From Octopus vulgaris (taxonomy: Eukaryota), in NCBI GenBank assembly GCA_951406725.2, contig OX597816.1:45756001-45820000 (forward strand): a stretch of DNA of 64,000 nucleotides, read 5' to 3'. Of the stretch, positions 26,097-38,627 are shown piece by piece. Each line of letters starts with the position of its first letter. The first letter of the stretch is position 1. The position numbers and the translations under genes were made by a program. The notes below the pieces were generated by a model that made no database searches, was not told where the DNA came from, and saw nothing but the letters and a program-made list of their open reading frames with translations.

Positions 26097-26281
26097 TCAA
26101 TAGAAAAACATGCAAGAGTTAGAAACAGGAAATGCATCTGACCATAAAATACAAGTCTAAAATGAGCCTCTGTGCAACCCATGCTCACCTGGGAAAAGAA
26201 TATTTTGTTTGTGTGAGAGAGGGGGGGAGTGATAGAGAGAAAGAGAGAAAACATGTGAATGCATACAATAAAAATGATATC

Positions 26282-26605
26282 ATCATTATCGTTTAACATC
26301 CGCTTTCCATGCTAGCATGGGTTGGACGATTTGACTGAGGACTGGCAAGCAAGATGGCTGCACCAGGCTCCAATCTTGATCTGGCAGAGCTTCTACAGCT
26401 GGATGCCCTTCCTAACGCCAACCACTCCAAGAGTGTAGTGGATACTTTTACATGCCACTGGCACGAGGGCCAGTCAAGCGGTGCTGGTGACGGCCACGGG
26501 AAAATGGTTTGTTTTTTTTGTTTTTTTAACGTGCCACCTGCACACTGCTGCCAGTAAGGTGATGCTGGTAACGATCACACTCGAATGGTGCTTTTTATGT
26601 GCCGC
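26282..26605 (-). mobile_element. Family D element with about three modules
   Basis: (CAT)n-CGTTTAACATCCGCTTTCCATGCTAGCATGGGTTGGAC terminus, core motif, repeated TTTTA(C/T)RTGCC modules. Confidence 0.8.
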
Positions 26606-28108
26606 AAATTGCACATTTAAAGCAAAAACAACATGTAGCATACCAGTTACTATCCTATAACTGAACTGTGTTAAATATGCTATCAGCAAAGGTAAATATA
26701 AAAGTGAAATGCCGAAAACCAGGAATAGTGTAACAAGGACATCAGCATAAGCTTCCTGACAGAGAATTTACCTTTCCATTCTACTAAACAGTTCAATTAG
26801 TACTGGAATATTGGAATCAAGATTAGTTCAAGCCAATTAGATAAGACTTAACTTAATCTTTTTTCCTTTCCTCTTCATTAAAAAAAAAAAAAAATTCCCT
26901 GAGAGACCACAAAAGTCCCATCCATTCCACCCACCAGTAGTACCAGCATCAGCAAATGTTGTAAAGTAAACAACAGATTTCATTCACATCTACAAGAAAG
27001 GACGGTTATATCATCTTAGTAACTGTTATTGGAATTTGTCCCATTTCGTGCTGTGTCTTAATTAGACAGGGGTTTGCTTGGATTTTTTAATTTGTCTTAC
27101 TTGTACCTAAATACTAAAACCAAAACAAAAATAAGAAAAAGATTATTTTTATTATTAGTATTATTATTATTATTATTATCATTTTCATCATCATCATTTA
27201 ATTAGGCATAAAGCATTAGGAAGTTAATCTTTTTGCCAATGTACACATTTGCTGAAACAAACGAGTGATTAATAACATAATTACTCTTGCCTTGGAACAA
27301 GCCCAATAGCTGCTTTCTTTCTTTCTTTTGTTGTTGTTTTTAAAGAATTACTTAAGGTCTAATAAACTGACCCAAATTTATTACTGGTATCTTCTTTATT
27401 AATTCACAACAGAGGATGAAAACTAAATTCTACTTCAGTGTGCAAAGGTTTTAATTGTTTAACGCCACACCAACTCTGATCAAAGCTATTCCAGTTGTGG
27501 CAATGCCACTTTATTTTCAGGCATAGTTTAACTAGGACCACATTAACAAATTTACATGTTTCCCGCTGTTTTTGTTTTTTTGTTATTTTCTTGTAAAGAT
27601 GGCAAAGTGGGAGCTTCAATTTGGTTGCTATTTCTAGTTGGTCAGCCACCATATCGAATGGTCATGGACAAACTGCAGCCTCCAGCATTTTCTGAATGGT
27701 ACACCAAACGAAAAATTATCTTGATTTTTTTTTTTTTTTTTTTGGTAGTGTGGCCCACCTATGACAAGCCATATCAAACAAATTGCTCACAGTACTTCTT
27801 CCTTTATTTTTAAACGAAAAAATATCTGGCACTCATTCTATCAGTCTCAGTTGCTAAACTATTAAGTTATAGGGGTGTAAACAAACCAATGCTATTCATC
27901 AAGCAGTGAGGGAATAGAAACAAATATAAGCACAAAACAAACATGATGGGCTTCCACATAGTTCCCATCTATCAAATCCACTCATAAAGCAATGATCAGC
28001 TTGGGGTTATAGAAGAAGACAGTTTCCCAAGGTGTCGCACAGTGGAACTGAACTCAAACTGCATGGTTGTAAATAGAGCCTCATAACCACACAGTCATGC
28101 CTGCATCT

Positions 28109-28522
28109 TATTTCTTTATTGCCCACAAGGGGCTAAATATTGAGGAGACAAACAAGGACAAACAAAAGGATTAAGTTGATTACATCGACACCAGTGCCAA
28201 ACTGGTACTTTATTTACCGATCCCGAAAGGATGAAAGGCAAAGTCGACCTCGGCGGAATTTGAGCTCAGAACGTAGCAGCAGACAAAATACCTATACCTT
28301 TACTACCCACAAGGGGCTAAAAACAGAGAGGACAAACAAGAACAGACAAACGGATTAAGTCGATTATATCGACCCCAGTGCATAACTGGTACTTATTTAA
28401 TTGATCCCGAAACGATGAAAGGCAAAGTCGACCTCAGCGGAATTTGAACTCAGAACGTAACGGCAGACGAAATACCGCTAAGCATTTCGCTCAGCGTGCT
28501 AACGTTTCTGCCAGCTCGTCGC
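28109..28522 (-). mobile_element. Head-to-tail dimer of SINE family B
   Basis: Two consecutive CCCACAAGGGGCTAAA...GATGAAAGGCAAAGTCGACCTC units; the left copy lacks part of its head. Confidence 0.8.
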
Positions 28523-29094
28523 TTTGCATCTGTCTATATAGAGCAAACCAAGAGATAGATAGAAGAAATCAGAAGATAAAAACAAGTCATATGATTGACA
28601 GAAGAGAGAAAAGAGAGAAAAAATAAAAGCAAAAGTAGGAAAAAAAGAAAAAGAGAAGATAGGAAGGAAAAAAAAAACAACAGAAGGCAATAAAGAAGAA
28701 ACCTATCAAGATTGGATTAAGTAATCCATGTAGGTAGAATGGAAGTCAAAACAGTTTGTGTAATTAATTTACAGACTGGACAAGATGAAACAACATATTA
28801 ACACGGGAGGATCTATAGCAGGGTAGACTAAACAAACAGAGAAAGACAAAGAGAGAATGAAAGAAAGAAAGAAAGAGATAGTATAAAAAGATACAAGAAC
28901 TAAATAATCCTGTTATGAATCACAAGAATTCATCAAGCCAGTACTTCACTACAATTTCTGTAGTGTTAATAAGATGAAACATTAATACATCCCCATCTCA
29001 TTCATTCATCTTCATTCATACTTTGTTTTAGTCGTCAATCAGCAGAATGTTTTGCTGTATTCATTCCAGCTGTCTACAATCTTGAGTTCAAATA

Positions 29095-29326
29095 CAATAA
29101 TCCCTTGACTATCCGTGGGTGATATGTTCCAAAACCACCTCCCATGATAGGTGAAAATCTGTGAAGTAGAAATAGTAGTGTGCTTTATGTTTCTTTGTTT
29201 GTTATTTTTATAATTTGTATATATTTATTTTATTGTAAATGCAAGGCAACAGCACGGAGGAGGAATCGATGTAAGCTTAAATAATAAACCATGATAGGTG
29301 AACCATGATATGGCAAGGGATTACTG
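29095..29326. mobile_element. Tigger/pogo-type MITE inserted in a SINE B remnant
   Basis: TA flanks; TIRs CAATAATCCCTTG / CAAGGGATTACTG; host sequence GAGTTCAAA|TA|CTGCTGAGGTCAACTTT resumes after it. Confidence 0.78.
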
Positions 29327-30734
29327 TACTGCTGAGGTCAACTTTACCTTTTATTGTTTCAACAATATTCACTAAATAAAACACCTGTCAAAAACTAGAG
29401 GGGGGGGTCCTACCAGGTTTTAAAAATGCCCAAGGTAAGTTGTATATCACAACAACACTCTACCAAGGCACACTTTATATCACATCAGAGACTGAAGACC
29501 CTACTACATTCTGTATAACTTTTTCTGCTCACCTGCCTCAGGTAAAATAGTTGACAACTTTCACTTGCAATGACTTCATATTCTTGCTCCTCTCTTTCAA
29601 ATAAAATCTTTCTCCACCCCCACCCTCCATCACAAGGATTAACTGTAGATCAAGGAAGGCAATGATAAAAAATTTATCAACAGATGCTATATTGCTGAGC
29701 AGATGCAAAAGTCCAGGCTGATATAAAGACCCCAGGAAATGCAAAAAACCCAGCAGATACAAACACTCAGCCTAAGTTAGGGAAAAAGGAGAGTCAAAGA
29801 CTAAAATCTTGATAAGAGATTTGTCATGATTCTTCCTACAGAGGCACAAAATCTGAATATGAGTTGCCTGGTCAGTTACATTGACCCCAGATACTGAAAG
29901 CAGAACTTGACCATGGCAGAATTTGAACTCAAAATGCAAAAGCCTGAAAAAATGCCACTAAGCATTTTGTTTGTCATGCTAACGATAATTATACAGTAAT
30001 TAATAGCTCATACACACATTAGATCTATTCCAATGTGCTTCATAAATATTTGTTTATTACATTCATAGCCTTAATGATCTCAGTTTTGAAACTATTACAA
30101 AACTAATAGCCAGAGTTCAGTCAGCTCAGATCAAACAGACTTATATTGAAAGGTATTCCAATCATGACTATTCTGGATATATGACAGTATGTTACCTAAC
30201 ATGTCGTTCCTTTTCCAAAACAGTAGGGGGATACATAGCTTTTGCAAGCAATAAAACAAGCAACTGATGTATGAAAGCAGTAAAGGAATAAAAACTAATA
30301 CAACATAAAAAAGTATGCTTTTAGTCATAGCACCAACTTCTCTTGCATCTGTAGCATAAAAAACTACAACTAAGCCATGCTGTAAAGTGGTTGGTGATAG
30401 CAAGGGCATACAACAGTTAAAAAAGTGTCTGCACCACACCAAAAGAAAAGACATGACTATGCAGAACAGACAGTGAAGACCCTTATGTTGAAGTTTGTGT
30501 TATAACAAAGGGACTACAACAGAGAATGAGACTCTTGGGCTTGGTTGAGGGCAATATAAAACAGAGTTAACCGCTTTGATACCAACCTATCAGAGTCTGC
30601 CACTTAGTTCTATTACACAAACCTTCCATTTTAAAATGATCTAAATTGAAGCCTTCAAAGAAAATTTATGTTAATTTATCTTCCAAACAGTAGCTTAATA
30701 ATGACAAAGTTATTTTACTAAATTCTTCATTCTC

Positions 30735-30990
30735 ATCATCATCATCGTTTAATGTCCGCTTTCCATGCTAGCATGGGTTGGACAATTGACTGAGGACTGG
30801 CAAACCAGATGGCTGCACCAGGCTCCAATCTTGATCTGGCAGAGTTTCTACAGCTGGATGCCCTTCCTAACGCCAACCACTCCGAGAGTGTAGTGGGTGC
30901 TTTTACATGCCACCAGCACGAGGGCCAGTCAGGCAGTAGTGGCACAGGCCACGAAAAAATTGTGTTTTTTTTTTTTTAACATGTCACCTC
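30735..30990 (-). mobile_element. Family D element inserted into a MITE-1 remnant (starting ~30571)
   Basis: Same terminus and core as 26282-26605; MITE-1 sequence on the left. Confidence 0.78.
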
Positions 30991-31855
30991 ATTATCTTAA
31001 GAATTAAACTGAAATATAGTAACAGAACGATTTGTGGCATATAATATAGTATCACAATGACTTGTGGTGTATAAGCGTGGCAACCATGTAAACACCCAAG
31101 AGAGCATTTTGCCTGGTATAATTCTGTCCCTTGTATTTCCTTCTCAATTTCCCTTTCTATGTCTTATTTCCTATTCTGAAGAAGCACAATATCTGAAACA
31201 TAACAATGCTTTCCATTTTAATGGAGCATCAAATTAATGATTTTAGTCATGAACTTACCACTTTTTTTTTGTTTTTGTTCTTCTCGTCTCTCTCCCCCAC
31301 TTTCTCCTCACTTTCAGTACACACACACACACACAAATGCAAACACACACGCATGCACAGACACAAATGCACTATACTATGTGATAATTTAACATCAATT
31401 TACTCACCCACAACGACATCTCTCTACTTACCAGCCACCCCCAAAATTTACAAACATAACTGATAAGTAAGTAGGTCTATCTCGTAACAACATTGATTTC
31501 GCACAGTTAGCACTTCTTAAAAGCATATTTATTTTTACTGATAAGACAAGAGTTAATACACACACACACACACACACACACAAGCCTTAAAGTGAAACCA
31601 GTTTGCAGCTCAATGTTGCCAAACAAAAAAAGTACATAAACAACAAAATTATAAACAAATAAAAAAAAAAACTGAACAAGTACATGAAATAATACAACTT
31701 GAAGACACACACAGAGTACATTAAATTGCATTACACTTCTAGATTGTTTTTCTTAAGTACAAAACTCATAACAGTTTAATGCCACATTGAATTACAAAAT
31801 AAACAGCCAAAATGTTAGATATGTTGTCGCATATTTGTTATACGGGGATTAGAAA

Positions 31856-31886
<31 letters not shown>

Positions 31887-32226
31887 TCATCAAGTGTAAA
31901 ACTGTAAACTTGATCCTATAAATAGAGTTTTAATATCAACAATATTATCAACAACTATTACTACAAGTAGTAGTAGTAACAGTAGCAGTACTACTACTAC
32001 TACAGCTCTACTCGTTTCTAGCATTCTATGTAGATATTAGATGTTAGAAGAAAACAGATGAAAAGATAAAAAGAAAAAGAAGAAAGATATAAAGAGGTTG
32101 TAATGTTTGCAATTTAAACCTCCAGTCAAGAAAACTAAAGGTGCTTTACTTTCAGAAATGTTAAGTGTTTACATCTTTCAACACAGGCAGAACTGCAGCT
32201 TCTTTAAAAAGATTCTTAGTTCAAGT

Positions 32227-32266
<40 letters not shown>

Positions 32267-32634
32267 GTGTGTGTGCGCTGTGTTGTGTAAATGTATCAGT
32301 ATCATCGTTGTAATGTCTGCTTTCCCAAGCTTGTATGGATCAGATGTGATTCAGGGAGGCAGAATTTCTCTTCCCCAACATCAAACTTCAGTTTTCAAGC
32401 AAGGTAATATTTTCCCCTAGCCCAGGCATGATTTTCACAGAAAACAACAAACAAACATCACCACTCATACAACTACACACACACACACACACACACGCTT
32501 CTGTTCCCATCTACCAAATTTACTCACAGGCCCAAGGCTATAGAAGACACTTACTCAAAGTGCTGCAAAGTGGGCCTCAGTCTAACACAACATGGTTACA
32601 AAGCCCCACTCACAACTACAGCGCTACCTGTTAA

Positions 32635-33474
32635 CCCTTTAGCATTCAGATTTCTCTGTCAAACATAATACATATTTATTAACATTGATTTGAATTAACC
32701 ATACATTATCTTGCAGCTTTGAAATTTTGATTTTGGGATTACTCTTTTACTTGTTTCAGTCATTTGACTGCGGCCATGCTGGAGCACCGCCTTTAATCGA
32801 GCAACTCGACTCCGGGACTTATTCTTCTGTAAGCCCAGTACTTATTCTATTGGTCTCTTTTGCCGAACCGCTAAGTAACGGGGACATAAACACACCAGCA
32901 TCGGTTGTCAAGCGATGTTGTGGGGGGGGGGGACACAAACACAAACACGCATATATGTATATATATATATATATATATACGACGGGCTTCTTTCAGTTTC
33001 CGTCTACCAAATCTACTCACAAGGCATTGGTCGGCCCGAGGCTATAGTAGAAGACACTTGCCCAAGGTGCCACGCTGTGGGACTGAACCCGGAACCATGT
33101 GGTGGGTAAACAAGCTACTTACCACACAGCCACTCCAGCGCCTGATTGTTTATTTTTCGTAAGACATTATAGGGTAGGTGTAAAAAACTGTATTTAGCAA
33201 GTTTAACCCTTTCGATACCAACCCGGCTGAAACCGGCTCTGGCTGAGTACAAATGTCTTGTTTCCATAAGTTTTGAATTAAAATCTTCCACCAAATCTTA
33301 GTCACAATTTATGTTTCTGACACTAGCTTAATGATAACCAAGTTATTTTACTAAATTCTTTATTATATTTAAAAGAAACACAGAGCATCTCAAAATAAAT
33401 ACAGTAACGAAAGGGTTAAAAATAAAATAAAAACACTAATTTGGTTGAACATGCCTCGTTTAAAAGCTAATGGG
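32635..33474. mobile_element. MITE-2 carrying a nested SINE A (32740-33143, minus) and MITE-1 (33207-33415)
   Basis: Outer TTAA-CCCTTTAGCATT...GCTAATGGG-TTAA; inner MITE-1 has its own TTAA duplication and CCCTTTCGATAC / GTAACGAAAGGG TIRs. Confidence 0.82.
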
Positions 33475-33783
33475 TTAAAATTTCACAAATGCAAACAAAA
33501 CAATCTGACTTGCTTTGTTCTTTTGCTCATGTGCTAAAAATATAAAAATTTCAAAGGTCAAGTCAAAAAGAATACTAACTGCCTTATTTGTAATGGAATC
33601 AAAATTTTTTTCCATTTTATCTAAAATATGACCAACCCATCTTTTTTACACTATTAAATTTTAAAAATTAGTTTTCAAATTTTCCAATCATGACCTTCCC
33701 TCACTACCACCACCATTAGTAAGAATAAAAGCACTTTTCTATACATGCATACATATGAATGAGAAAGCAAACAATTCAGTTAA

Positions 33784-34228
33784 TCCTTGAGCATTTAACC
33801 CTTTAGCATTCAGATTACTCTGTCAAATGTAAAGCCTGTTTAATCACATTGTTTTAAATTAATTGTACAGCATTTTGTAACTCTGAGATTTTGATGATGA
33901 CCCTGTTTATTTTTAGAATGACTTTGTAGGGTAGGTGTGAGATGTCAGAGCTGGCTGGTTTGAGCATAAAACAGGAAGACAATTTTGGCCTGATATGGCC
34001 GGTTTAAACACTAAAGGGTTAAACAGGCCATATCCAGCCTAAATATTTTTCCAGCTTTACTATGTTCAAACTGGTTAGATCTGGCCTATCACACTGACCC
34101 TTCAATGTCATTCTATAAACAATCACATCATTGATATTTCAAAACTACAAGATAAAGCTTGGTTAATTTAAAACAGTGTGTGAATAAATAGGCATAACAT
34201 TTGACAGGGTACTCTGAATGCTAAAGGG
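33784..34228. mobile_element. MITE-2 (33799-34018) inserted in inverted orientation into the TIR of another MITE-2
   Basis: Outer left end TCCTTGAGCAT|TTAA; inner CCCTTTAGCATT...CTAAAGGG|TTAA; outer resumes and ends TCTGAATGCTAAAGGG. Confidence 0.8.
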
Positions 34229-34368
34229 CTGAGTTGAAATTAATATGCAGAGAATTGAGTTGCTGAGAATCAGTGCTGTGTTTGTTGGTTTAAAAGTTTT
34301 GATTTGTAACTATATTTCTATTAACATGCAGACTCTTTATGTCTGTCCACTTCGCCTTTCATACAAGT

Positions 34369-34984
34369 CATCATCATCATTTAGCGTCCGTTTTCCATGC
34401 TAGCATGGGTTGGACGGTTCAACTGGGGTCTGTGAAGCTGGAAGGCTTCATCAGGCCCAGTCAGATCTGGCAGTGTTTCTACGGCTGGATGCCCTTCCTA
34501 ACGCCAACCACTCCGTGAGTGTAGTGGGTGCTTTTTACGTGCCACCCGCACAGGTGCCAGACAGAGCTGGCAAACGGCCACGAACGGATGGTGCTTTTAC
34601 GTGTCACCGGCACGGGGACCAGGCAAGGCTGGAAACGGACACGAACGGATGGTGCTTTTACGTGTCACCGGCACGGGGGCCAGGCGAGGCTGGCAATGGA
34701 CACGAACGGATGGTGCTTTTACATGCCACCGACACGGGGGCCAGACAGGGCTGGCAAACGGCCACGAACAGATGGTGCTTTTACGTGTCACCGGCACGGG
34801 GGCCAGACAGAGCTGGCAAACGGCCACGAACGGATGGTGCTTTTACGTGTCACCGGCACAGGGGCCAGACAGAGCTGGCAAACGGCCACGAACGGATGGT
34901 GCTTTTACGTGTCACCGGCACAGGGGCCAGACAGAGCTGGCAAACGGCCACGAACGGATGGTGCTTTTACGTGTCACCGGCACG
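34369..34984 (-). mobile_element. Family D element with an expanded tandem array
   Basis: (CAT)n terminus at 34369, GGATGCCCTTCCTAACGCCAACCAC core, then the tandem array. Confidence 0.85.
34528..34984. repeat. GC-rich tandem repeat, 61-63 bp unit, 7 full copies plus 1 partial
   Basis: Units start at 34528, 34591, 34652, 34713, 34775, 34837, 34899, 34961; consensus GTGCTTTTACGTGTCACCGGCACRGGGGCCAGACAGAGCTGGCAAACGGCCACGAACGGATG. Confidence 0.95.
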
Positions 34985-35951
34985 TATCAGACAAAATTAA
35001 TACTGGGGTTAATATAATCAATGAAAGAAAAAGAAAAAAAAAAAAACTTGAAGCTGGTACTCCAGCATGGCCATATACTAATGACAGAGACTATAAAGAA
35101 ACAATTTATACAGAAACTCTTCACCTCATATACACACCAAGTGTGTAAGGAGTAATGTAAAACAGCTTCTTGTAATAAGGTAGGAACAGGATGGACATGT
35201 ATGAGAGAGGAGGTATTACACATGAGTAAATCGATTTTTAAGATAAGGTCTGGACTTTGCGTTTATCAACTGTGGAAAGTTGACCCTGGCATGAAGGGTA
35301 TATTGTATAATGAAATAGAACTAAGCTTAAAAGAACTTATAGTTACTACTAACCAAATATGAGTAATCTAAGAATCTGACTGACTCACAGGATATATGCC
35401 CTTCTATCACGCCATGTTATTACACACACACACACACACACATCATTAAGAATAGGAGGCACTAACAGAAAAATGGAAATTAAAACTAATTTTCTCAGAT
35501 CTGAACTTTGACACCTTATTGATTAGGTCAGGCCAAATTTCCAAGAATTTACATAACTAAACACTGAGAAGACTTTAGATGAAGTATAGAAATTTGAAAC
35601 CAGTGCCATTTGCCATGCCTTGATTAATCATTGGATACAGTGCTTGCTGCCTTAACATGAAATGAAATGGTGCAACATGGAAGGATATGATGATAAGGAT
35701 AATGATGATGATGATACAAAGTGGAATGGAGATGAACATGCAAGTTTCAACACACAACTGCACCAATGGTAACAAAATATGCAATTGATGCAAGTATTGT
35801 TGTGTATATACAGAATTTGCTTTCTTGGCATGCCAACTCAAGATCTATCTCATTGTGTGACACCTCAGGCCAATGTAGTCACTAAGTGACCAATGTCTGG
35901 AGATTGGTAGTAGATATAAACAATACTGAAGAGTGTGTGATTGTGTACTAT

Positions 35952-36185
35952 TTACTCTTTTACTTGTTTCAATCATTTGACTGTGGCCAAGCTGGAGCAC
36001 CGCCTTTAGTCGAGCAAATCGACCCCAGGACTTTTTCTTTGTGAGCCTAGTACTTATTCTATCGGTCTCTTTTGCCGAACTGCTAAGTTACGGGGACGTA
36101 AACACACCACTATCAGTTGTCAAGCGATGTTGTTGGGACAAACACAGACACACAAACATATATATATATATATATATATATATAC
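35952..36185 (-). mobile_element. SINE family A, 3' half
   Basis: TTACTCTTTTACTTGTTTC...GTTGTCAAGCGATG, ending in the TA tract. Confidence 0.8.
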
Positions 36186-36437
36186 ATGGGAAAATGAACA
36201 TAAATCAAACAAACAAATGAATGAAGCCTTTATACGGTCACTCAACTTGCTAAAGATAGCAGCCAAATTTCATTTGAACCACACCTCTCCTCTCATATTA
36301 AACAAAGAAAAAACCATTGGATCAAGGTAATACTCTATGAATGAAATAAAAAGTGGTGGGTATGGCTGGAATGTCTTTGACCAAAGATCTGCTCAATCAA
36401 GACTAACCTGGGGCTAACAAAAAAAAAAATGCAATAG

Positions 36438-36842
36438 ACAGGAGTGGCTGTGTGGTAAGTAGCTTGTTTACCAACCACATGGTTCCGGGTTCAGTCCAAC
36501 TGCGTAGCATCTTGAGCAAGTGTCTTCTGCTATAGCCCCGGGCCGACCAAAGCCTTGTGAGTGAATTTGGTAGATGAAAACTGAAAGAAGCCTGTCGTAT
36601 ATATCTGTATATATATATGTGTGTGTTTGTGTGTCTGTGTTTGTCCCCCTAGCATTGCTTGACAACCAATGCTGGTGTGTTTATGTCCCCGTTACTTAGC
36701 AGTTCGGCAAAAGAAACCGATAGAATAAGTACTGGGCTTGCAAAAGAATAAGTCCTGGGGTCGAATTGCTCGATTAAAAGGCGGTGCTCCAGCATGGCCG
36801 CAGTCAAATGACTGAAACAGGTAAAAGAGTAAAAGAGTAAAG
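36438..36842 (+). mobile_element. SINE family A, full length
   Basis: A/B boxes, core, TA/CA tract, (GTAAAAGA)n tail. Confidence 0.88.
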
Positions 36843-37290
36843 AGAGACACTGTTTGACTGAAATCATTGAAGCTGCAGAAAACTAGCTCTTCTCAGCAAG
36901 ATAAATAAATGAACGAATAAATAATGCGAACTCTTTGAAACATGTTGAAATAGTTTAACGATTAAAGATATTGGGATAATGACAAATATACATCGTGGCA
37001 TCTGTGGTTATGTTTGAGTAGATGTCTTAGCTGCCTTTTATTATAATTCCATTCACATCTAGGATGCTTTATAGCAATATTATGTTGACCACAGTACTTG
37101 ACTGATACTTGATTTTTATCGATCTCCAGAAGGATGAAAGACAAAGTTGACTCTGACATTACTTAAACACAGAACATAAAAAGCAGAAACTAAATACTAC
37201 AAAACTCTAATGCTCTGGCAATTCTGACAATCCACTGCCGTCACGAGTAATATAAGAGGTTAGCTGTCCAGTTTTAATTATGAAGATGCA

Positions 37291-37706
37291 CAGGCGCAGG
37301 AGTGGCTGTGTGATAAGTAGCTTGCTAACCAACCACATGGTTCCGGGTTCAGTCCCACTGCGTGGCATCTTGGGCAAGTGCCTTCTGCTATAGCCCCGGG
37401 CCGACCAATGCCTTGTGAGTGGATTTGGTAGACGGAAACTGAAAGAAGCCTGTCGTATATATGTATATATATATGTATGTGTGTGTGTGTGTGTGTTTGT
37501 GTGTCTGTGTTTGTCCCCCTAGCATTGCTTGACAACCGATGCTGGTGTGTTTATATCCCCGTTACTTAGCGGTTCGGCAAAAGAGACCGATAGAATAAGT
37601 ACTGGGCTTACAAAGAATAAGTCCCGGGGTCGATTTGCTCGACTAAAAGGCGGTGCTCCAGCATGGCCGCAGTCAAATGACTGAAACAAGTAAAAGAGTA
37701 AAAGAG
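37291..37706 (+). mobile_element. SINE family A, full length
   Basis: A/B boxes, core, TA/CA tract and tail; near consensus. Confidence 0.88.
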
Positions 37707-37891
37707 AGACAGAAGAAGTTGTGGTTTCACAGTATGGAATTGGTACAATCTGGGGCAGCAAAGAAAGCTAGCAAAGAAGTGAGCAAGTATTTGCAGATCA
37801 AACAGCTAGAAATAACCAATTCTTCTTCTTCAAATCACACCCTAATAACTGAACGTAAAGGAGGAACACTGCTTTTTTTTTTTTTATTATA

Positions 37892-38055
37892 ACAGGAGCA
37901 GGTGTGGCTGTGTTGTAAGAAGTTTGCTGCCTAACCACATGGTTCTAGGTTCTGTCCCACTGCATGGCACCTTGGGCAAGTGTCTTCTACTATAGCCCCA
38001 AGCCAACCAAAGCTTTGAGTGAATTTGGTAGACAGAAACTGAAAGGTGTCCATCT

Positions 38056-38115
<60 letters not shown>

Positions 38116-38221
38116 CCTGCTCGCTTAGCCAGCGGGGTGGCATCATTTGAAGGCTAAAACAATGCGAAGCGCATTGTGACCAGCAATGTGTAGCAACATC
38201 TGACAGACTGGTTGATCACGG

Positions 38222-38271
<50 letters not shown>

Positions 38272-38490
38272 GCCTTAGTGTCTGTGTTTGTCCCCCACCA
38301 CTGTTGGAAAACTGCTGTTGGTGTGTTTACCTCCCCATAATTTAGAGGTTTAGCAAAAGGGACTGATAGAATAAGTACCAAGTTTTTAAAAAAAAAACAA
38401 GTAATGAGGTTGATTCATTTGACTGAAAGATTCTTCAAGGCAGTGCCCCAACAGGGCTGCAGTTTAATGAATGAAGCAAGTAAAAGATAA
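37892..38490 (+). mobile_element. SINE family A with a family C-variant tail (38112-38222) inside its TA tract
   Basis: The inserted segment matches 9233-9345 (TTGGCCTGCTCGCTTAGCC...GTAGCAACATCTGA). Confidence 0.75.
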
Positions 38491-38627
38491 CCAATTTTTT
38501 TTTTTAAACAGATGGATCGATAGAGCACAAATTGAGGATGTTTGTTCTATAAGCAAAAGTTTATTTACTATGTCTTCCTTGCAGATCCAGAGACCAAAGA
38601 TTATGCAGTATATGAGATGTATATGAG

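Noticed and set aside
34528-34984. CRISPR-like array
   Set aside because: Units are near-identical end to end with no unique spacers, there are no cas genes, the context is eukaryotic, and the array lies inside a dispersed retroelement.
34410-35148. 138-206 aa repetitive ORFs
   Set aside because: Produced by the GC-rich tandem repeat; the same peptides recur in rotating frames.
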